From positions 351,664,001-351,728,000 of the forward strand of contig OZ024742.1 of the NCBI GenBank assembly GCA_964016885.1: a DNA stretch of 64,000 bases. Direction: 5' to 3'. The translations under genes were made by a program, and so were the position numbers. This DNA is from Eledone cirrhosa (taxonomy: Eukaryota). Below the pieces are notes generated by a model, which was given only the letters and a program-made list of their open reading frames with translations, searched no databases and was not told where the DNA came from. How positions within the stretch are numbered: position 1 is the stretch's first letter; each line of letters starts with the position of its first letter. This document shows, one piece after another, positions 58,041 through 64,000 of this stretch.

Positions 58041-58286
58041 TAAATAGAAAACATGAATGGATCAGCAACATCACAACTTACAGTTAAGGTCAAAATGAAA
58101 ACACACACGCACATAGAAGAAACAACCAACCAGTAACATTTAAATAAACAAATAAATAAACAAATATAAACACACACAGACACCCATATGTAACACATGC
58201 GCAAACTAAGCACACACCACACACAGAAACAAGATGGCGTAGGACAGAACAAATTAGAGGCACGAAAACAAAGAAAAGAATTCCCA

Positions 58287-58329
58287 GTCACTGAAGATGT
58301 CACAGAATATGTGACGAAAGAACTTTGAC
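58287..58329 (+). ncRNA. Minimal type I hammerhead ribozyme
   Basis: GTCA-CTGAAGA-T-GTCACA/TGTGAC-GAAA-GAAC(one change from palindrome GATC)-TT-TGAC. Confidence 0.75.
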
Positions 58330-58574
58330 AATATATAAACAATCATCTGGTTGTGGAACCAACCAACCAACCGGAAATTCATAAATTCCTAAATTTATGA
58401 ATTTATTATAATAAATTGAAGTGAAAGCAACTGGTACGTGTGTTTTTTTATTGGCAACATGACCCTCCTAAAGAATAACAGTATAACAATATCGGTTTCA
58501 ACTTAATAACAGCGGATTTACAGAACAAATTAATTATTTACCTACTACCCCCCCCCCCTAAAACTAACCACAAC

Positions 58575-59447
58575 AATAGGAAAGGGAAAATTATTTGGTT
58601 TACACCCCCCTTCTCTCTAACTGTCAAAACTAATATAGGAAGGAAATTCCTTGACCTCTTAGATAAACATTTTCCTCATATCATAGATATTATGAGATAT
58701 TTTTAATAGAAATGTAGTTAAGATCAGTTACTCTTGTTGCCCATCAATGTAGTCTAAGGTCACTAATTCAAATCGTACAAGAACAAATCCAGGATGCAGT
58801 TGCAGGAAGCCGGATGAATGCCCATTACAGGGCAAATGTAACACCGAATCTGTTGTTTATGAGGCCAAAGTGATACCTTTAATCAACAACCAGCCAGCCA
58901 GGAGTGAGCGATATGTTGGCATGACCCAGGACAGGTTTAAAACCAGGTTGTATGCAGATGTCGCTTCTTTTAAGCACTCCGATAAAAGAACAGCAACGGC
59001 CATCGCAAGTAAGGTGTGGGAATTAAAGGATAAAAACATCCCGTACTCTATCGATTGGTCTATTTTAGACCATTCGAGCGAGTACCAAAGAAGCACAAAT
59101 AATTGTTCTTTGTGTACCCCGGAAAAATATAGGATTTTACAAAACTTGAAAGCCACTTCTGCTTGCCTGAACTCAAAGACCGAGATCTTCAGATGTTGTC
59201 CTCACCTGAAATCACATCTGATCTGTAACTGGATTGACATTCCTACGATAACTCAACCACCTTGAACTCCTTTCCTGCTCTTTACATCCAGTACGTTTTT
59301 TTTTTCTTTTGCCTACTGAATCCACGTTCTGTCCTCTCGTATTCTCTTTCTCCTTTATCTTCCCTATATTTAAACCTTTTCCTATGTCATTTATTTCCCT
59401 TTATCTGCATTGCTTTATTGTACTACAACAAAACTCATCTCCTACAT
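58575..59447 (+). mobile_element. 5'-truncated Naiad-type PLE (linker, GIY-YIG, 3' UTR)
   Basis: IIWFTPPFSLTVKTNIGRKFLDLLDKHF; CSCRKPDECPLQGKC..VVYEAKV; YVGMTQDRFKTRL..SFKH..VWELKD..CSLC..EK..LNSKTEIFRCCPH. Confidence 0.9.
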
Positions 59448-59450
59448 ATA

Positions 59451-59563
<113 letters not shown>

Positions 59564-59784
59564 ATGTATGTGTGAATATATAGAGTTTATGTGTGTGTGC
59601 GGGCGTGTGTATATGTGTGCGTGTATATAATGGTTTTGTGCGTATATTTATAATAGCCTCAGAAACGGCTTGACCTCTGCCGTGGGGTCAGACTTTTTCC
59701 TATGTGTGTGTATATATATACATATATGTATGGCTGTGTGTATTTCTGTGGTTGTGTTTGTGTGTGTGTGTGTATGTATATATA

Positions 59785-59901
<117 letters not shown>

Positions 59902-60555
59902 ATGTATGTGCGTATGTATATGCATAATTACATACAGTGATTTAATGCTTGTCATCATTGATCATTTGCTTCAGAAAGTTGTTGAGTGCTCTAAATCAGC
60001 TATATAAATATTTATATCCTTTTCTAAATATTTTTTATTTATTATTTGTCGTATTCCCAACTTTTTATTTTTATTTTATTTTTATGTTTATATATACAAT
60101 ATTTAGTTTTTTTTTATATATATAATATTTATGTTCTTTCTCATATATATTCATAATTATGTGTGTGTGTGTGTGTGTGTATGTATGCATACGTATGTGT
60201 ATGTATACGTGTGTGTATGTATGTGTCAATAATTGTCACAAGTTTGTACCAGAGTTTTCAAGTCGCTGGCTGGACTAAAAAGTCACACTCGTTCAGCCCA
60301 TCGGTGGGGGTTCTCCTACATGGATATGAAGTAGTGGCCGTACTCGAAAACGAGTTGGCAGCCATCATATATGTATATGTATATATGTGTGTGTATATAT
60401 ATATATATTTTAGAGTTAAAGAAGGTTCATATGAATATATCTAAGAATGAGCTTTACACACATACATATGTGTGTGTTTGTATTTGTATGTATGTGTTTG
60501 TGATATGTATGTATATGTATGTGTATGTATGTATGGATATGTATTTTTATATATA

Positions 60556-60653
<98 letters not shown>

Positions 60654-61538
60654 GTGTGTGTATGTGTGTGTATATATGTATGTGTGTGTGTATATATATG
60701 TGTGTATATATGTATATGTATGTGTGTGTGTGTATGTATATGTGTATACGTATGTATGTGTATATGTATTTGTATATGTATTTGTATGTGTGAGAGTGTT
60801 TGTATGCATTTATGTTTACGTATGTATGTGTACGTGCAATTGTGTGTATTGCTTACCACGTGTGTTTGTTCATTTATTTGCTGCCTGTATCGCTGTCAAC
60901 ACTATAATAATCTTTATATTCACTTGCATTCTTATGTGACTGTATTTTTATTATTATATTTTTTCTTATATTTATTTGTGTGTGTGAGTATGTAAGTGTG
61001 TGTACATATTTCTATATTTGTGCATGCGTATGTATGCGTGTATATATGTGTGTGTGTATGTGTATGTATGTACGTGTTTATATACATATGATTGTGTGTA
61101 TATATGTATGTATGTGTATGTATATATGTGTGTATATGTATGTGTATATAGATATATGTATATATATGTATGTGGGTGTATGTATGTATATATATGTTTA
61201 TGGATATATATATATGCATGTATATGTGTGTGTGTGTATGCCCGTTTGTGTATTTGTATCTATGTGTATGTATGTATATGTTGATAATTATGTGTGTATG
61301 TATGTATATGTATATGCATGTGTATGTATATATATACACACATATATATATGTGTGTGTATATTTGTGTGTATGTATGTATGTATGTATATATATATATG
61401 TGTGTATGTATATAATTGTGTGTGTGTGTGTTTGCATGTGTGTTTATTTGTCCTTTCCTTCTTCCTTTTCCAGCCTCACTTTCATATAGATTATATTTTT
61501 GTGTTTAAAATCCAATGTCAATAAATACACCGGGATTT

Positions 61539-61599
61539 TTTCATTCTGATGATTGAAAGCAAAATGTGTTTGCTTTTAAGAAACCACTGGTAAATGAAA
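61539..61599 (+). ncRNA. Type I hammerhead ribozyme with an intact core
   Basis: TTTCATT-CTGATGA-TTGAAAGCAAA/TTTGCTTTTAA-GAAA-CCACTGG-TA-AATGAAA, giving a 7 bp stem I and an 11 bp stem II. Confidence 0.9.
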
Positions 61600-61949
61600 T
61601 AATTGCCTTATGTTGTTTATTACATAACTATTAAGCTCTGTTACCTACATAGAGCACTCTTTTTTCCTGGACTTTTCCGCCGGAATTACTTCATTAATAT
61701 ATATATAATACAATATATTAACAAATGGAAACTATATTTATAAAAATATATTAGTTAATATATTGTATTTTTACTCCAAAAGTTGTTGAGTGCTTTATAT
61801 CAGTTATAAAAATATTTGCTTGTTGTATCCCAACAAATTAAATATAACCTCTACATATATAGGAAGACGATCGACTTTCGTCAAATCGGACCGAGGGAAC
61901 AATGTTTCCGTTGGTCTTTCCAATTTATAATACTATCTATCGGTCGCAA

Positions 61950-62082
61950 CTCCAGGTAGAAGGAGCAACGTGAAATAAAGTGTATTGCTCAAGGACATAA
62001 CGCATCGCCTGGTCCAGGAATCGAACTCACAACCTTACGATTGCGAATCCAATTCTCTAACCACTCAGCCACACGCCTTCAC
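61950..62082 (-). mobile_element. Second tRNA-derived SINE family (head plus CORE-like segment)
   Basis: Minus strand: TGGCTGAGTGGTTAG (A box)..GAGTTCGATTCC (B box)..TGTCCTTGAGCAATACACTT. Confidence 0.75.
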
Positions 62083-62459
62083 TCTACATATATATATATA
62101 TGTAATAATAATAAGGGTTGACGGACCCAGCATATTTATCAATGCCAGTACCGGTTGTATCTCAGCGCACTCAATTGGCACTGCACCATCTGTCTGCATA
62201 TATTATGCAACAATGCACAATCGGCTTATGCGGCTTCATCAGCTGGTATCGCTAGAGAGATAGATAGATATATTCAATATTTACGTCATTTTGGCAATCA
62301 TCACATTGTTACTAAAATCAAATATACTAGAACTCTCACTGTACATAATGAACAAAAATATATTATAGAGCCAGGAGATAATTGCAATCACACTTCGACT
62401 GAAACAATAGGTAAGGATGATATTGATGGGATATACACTGTTAATGTCATTATAGCAAT

Positions 62460-62475
62460 GGAGGTAGTAGTAGTG

Positions 62476-62532
<57 letters not shown>

Positions 62533-62768
62533 ATAGTAGTAGTAGTAGTAGTAGTAGTAGTAATATCAGCAGCAGCAACAGTAGCAGCAGTAGTAGTATT
62601 AGCAGCAGTATTATTATACGTAGTAGTAGTATCAACAGCAGCAGTAGTAGTAGTAGTAGCATTGGTTGTAGTAGTAGTAACAGTAGTAGTAGCAGCACCA
62701 GCATTAGCATTAGTAGTAGTAGTAGTAGTAATAATAGTAGTAGTAGTCGTATCAGCAGCAACAGTAGC

Positions 62769-62812
<44 letters not shown>

Positions 62813-62813
62813 C

Positions 62814-62856
<43 letters not shown>

Positions 62857-62862
62857 TTAGTA
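62460..62862. repeat. (GTA)n/(GCA)n trinucleotide array
   Basis: About 400 bp of imperfect triplet repeat, which produces the poly-Val and poly-Leu pseudo-ORFs. Confidence 0.95.
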
Positions 62863-63324
62863 CGACCACCACCTAAATAACAATAGTATTAATAACAATA
62901 ACTGTAATTATTGGTAGAATCTAACTTAAAATACACATGGGTAATATCATATTGGAAAATGCTAGAGAATGCTATATCTGTCGCCATTGTTATTACTGTG
63001 ACTGTACAGGAAGATAATGGTGCAGTGAAACTCTTAGTGTTTCATGAGAAATGCTAACATTCCAAGCACAAATACTATTTAAATATCAACATAGACAAAG
63101 ACATTGTTCAATAGGTATTGTTGAATGTAACTGAATATTAATTCCTCAAGGCGTAAATAAATTGAATATATTCACAGTTAAGACGTTCCTTTATGAACTT
63201 CACTTCCGCAGGTTCGATTCTATTGTGCAACATATTGGGTGAAATTATCCTAACATAATCTCTTGTCAAGTTTGTCACAATTTGTGAAATTCTGCAGGCT
63301 GACATTCTGATAAAGCTAATGATG

Positions 63325-64000
63325 GATTCATGTTTGTGTAGTTGATAGACATTCGTATTAAACCTACATACGTACGAAACCGCATATTCACACAGACGCA
63401 AAACTCACGTATACACATAACCATGTGCACATGTACCAGTATATATAATATAACTGTTTCTACTTTAGGCACAAAGCCAACAATTACCCAGTGCATTACT
63501 GGTACTTTATTTTATCGACCCCGTAAGGATGAAAGGCAAAGTCATACTCGGCGGGATTTGAACTCAGATCGTAAAGGGACGTAACTATGCTAGAAAGCAT
63601 GGCGTCACAACCTCTAGCGATACTGTACGCCTATAACATATACAAGCAAATATACGTACTAGAAAGTATACGTACCTTGACAAAACATACAGGTGATATA
63701 TACTTACCTATACAAACAAGAAATGTTATAAACATAACATATATTTAGTTACGACATGAAGACGTAAGATATCCGCGTATAGTTCGTATTAACCGTAATG
63801 GTATAATGTGGGGCTGCAATACAGGACAGTTTATGTTTACAAGCCGAAACTGCCTCAGATTTTTTGGTTTAAGATGTGGTCTTTGGCGAAGAGTATTACC
63901 TTTGTAATTTATTTACATTATTCTTGAATCTGAAGACGAGAATCATTCGGTTTCCTAAATAGAATATTAGTCTACGACTTCATTTCTACCATAAACGTGG
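63325..64000 (-). mobile_element. 3' fragment of the 35.7-38.6 kb Naiad family, with a nested SINE (63452-63626) and an inverted segment (63901-64000)
   Basis: 63340-63895 aligns with ~36570-36930, and 63910-64000 is the reverse complement of ~36195-36285. Confidence 0.8.

Noticed and set aside
61990-62082. tRNA gene
   Set aside because: A and B boxes are present, but the sequence runs into a SINE body and lacks a clean cloverleaf.
62155-62880. 241 aa poly-Val and 140 aa poly-Leu ORFs resembling membrane proteins
   Set aside because: They are artefacts of the (GTA)n array.

Overview
This is AT-rich eukaryotic (animal) intergenic or intronic DNA, saturated with (TA)n, (CA)n, (GA)n and triplet microsatellites. 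The repeat content suggests an octopus-like cephalopod, which is an inference. No host exon could be supported, and almost all listed ORFs are microsatellite artefacts or retroelement relics. The window holds several Penelope-like elements (PLEs), mostly Naiad-type RT/GIY-YIG plus one Neptune-like GIY-YIG; two tandem Tx1/L1-type LINEs and a third fragment; an R4/Dong-type RLE LINE and a fragment; RTE relics; about 12 copies of one tRNA-derived SINE; and Helentron-like non-autonomous elements. The main signal found by eye is a dense, diverse set of about 20 type I hammerhead ribozyme motifs (CTGAnGA-stem II-GAAA-stem III-TH). They fall into several families, sit in PLE 3' ends beside (TA)n, show compensatory base changes, and include one family with a fixed non-canonical CAGAAGA core. 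The SINE 3' tail also resembles the Tx1 LINE 3' end. Element boundaries are approximate and no ribozyme activity has been tested.
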